A stretch of DNA of 63,064 nt, the filler included, from Octopus bimaculoides (taxonomy: Eukaryota): the NCBI RefSeq assembly GCF_001194135.2. It is 6 parts of 6 records of this genome, joined end to end, with 100 filler letters (N's around TTAATTAATTAA, not from the genome) between each part and the next. Parts side by side here need not be neighbours in the genome. Positions count along the whole stretch, not along the records: positions 57,506 to 63,064 come from NW_026322201.1; 5 more parts are not named here. One strand, written 5' to 3'. Within the stretch, counting starts at the first letter, position 1. Each line of letters opens with the position of its first letter. Of the stretch, positions 62,051 to 63,064 are shown in pieces. The position numbers and the translations under genes are program-made. The notes under the pieces are model-generated. The model saw only the letters and a program-made list of their open reading frames with translations, was not told where the DNA came from and searched no databases.

Positions 62051-62577
62051 AAAGAGGACAAAAAGAAGAAGAAAAAAACGAAAGGAAAAACAAAAAAGAA
62101 AAAGGAAGGAAAGAAAGAAAGAAGGGAAAAGGGAAAGAAAAAGAAGTAAAGAAAGAGAAAAGGAAAAATTAAGAAGGAAAGAATGGAAGGAAAAAGGAAG
62201 AAAGAAAGAAAGAAAGGAACGAACGAAAAAGTGGGGGAAAAAATGAAGAAAAAACAGACGAAAGTTGTAAACGAAGGAACGAACGATAGAAAGAAAAAAA
62301 AGCGAAAATAATTGAATGAGAGAAAGAAATATTTGAATGAAAGAGATACAGAGATAAAGAGATTTAGAATATGGAAACTTTTGAAAAACTTACAACAGTG
62401 TAAAGTACGGAGAGAAACAGGCAGACGACGGAAGTTGACAGGTGGACGACTTAGTTAATATGGAATAGGATTATTGACTGTAGTATATTATAGAGACACA
62501 GTCATATAGGTCTGTGTGTCGATACTCGAGTGTATGTTACACGTATGTGAATATATATCGTTATAGATATCTATCTA

Positions 62578-62636
<59 letters not shown>

Positions 62637-62817
62637 CTGTGTGTGTGTGTATAGATGTACTCTTTCACATACATATTGTGTTATATAGAGAGACATACAT
62701 ACGTCTGTCTCTCTCTCTCTCTCTCTCTCGCATATAAACGAGTATGTATTTTTGTATGTATGTACATACGCACGTACGCACATATATATGTATGTGTGTG
62801 TGTATACAAGCACACGC

Positions 62818-62883
<66 letters not shown>

Positions 62884-62964
62884 AGATTGTGATAATTACA
62901 AATTAATCATCGTTCCAAATGGGAGATGATTAATTTGCTCTTTTACTCTATTACTTGTTTCGTG

Positions 62965-63064
62965 ATTGGAAGATTGTGGTTTCGATTCATGGGCCTGGCG
63001 ACACCACCGTTGTGTTCTTGAGCAAAACACTTCATTTCACATTGCCCCAGTCCACTAAGCTGGC
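62965..63064 (+). mobile_element. SINE family C fragment (runs off the window)
   Basis: GATTGTGGTTTCGATTC..TTGTGTTCTTGAGCAAAACACTTCA..CCAGTCCA matches 39533-39792. Confidence 0.75.

Noticed and set aside
3118-62929. Most long ORFs in the track ([16 protein letters not shown], poly-X)
   Set aside because: They are translations of microsatellites or read through N-gaps; not genes.

Overview
Draft eukaryotic genomic sequence: AT-rich, microsatellite-dense, with many N-gaps and five artificial 100-bp N44-TTAATTAATTAA-N44 join spacers. The tRNA-SINE families and repeat landscape suggest an octopus/cephalopod (inference). Nearly all long ORFs in the track are microsatellite or gap artefacts. Two probable genes emerge. 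(1) An intronless 323-aa minus-strand ORF (40380-41351) made of two tandem Speriolin_C-like (SPATC1/SPATC1L C-terminal) domains, preceded by a strong splice acceptor and a head-to-head mariner remnant that may donate its 5' exon. (2) A plus-strand gene invisible to the ORF track, rebuilt by hand from 8 phase-compatible GT-AG exons (33794-45761, 330 codons plus stop, no recognised family), which appears to carry gene 1 antisense in an intron. The rest is a TE mosaic: SINEs, two mariner remnants, RTE, CR1/Jockey-like and R4/Dong-like LINE fragments, and MITEs. Other notable items are a structurally complete Penelope-type hammerhead ribozyme plus decayed relatives, GG..CC/8-bp-TSD elements carrying TTAGGG arrays, an EF1-alpha/LINE chimera, a SINE that recurrently joins its own head, and a 28S rRNA fragment containing the sarcin-ricin loop. 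No CRISPR or prokaryotic features. All family assignments come from motif recognition by eye; no searches were run.
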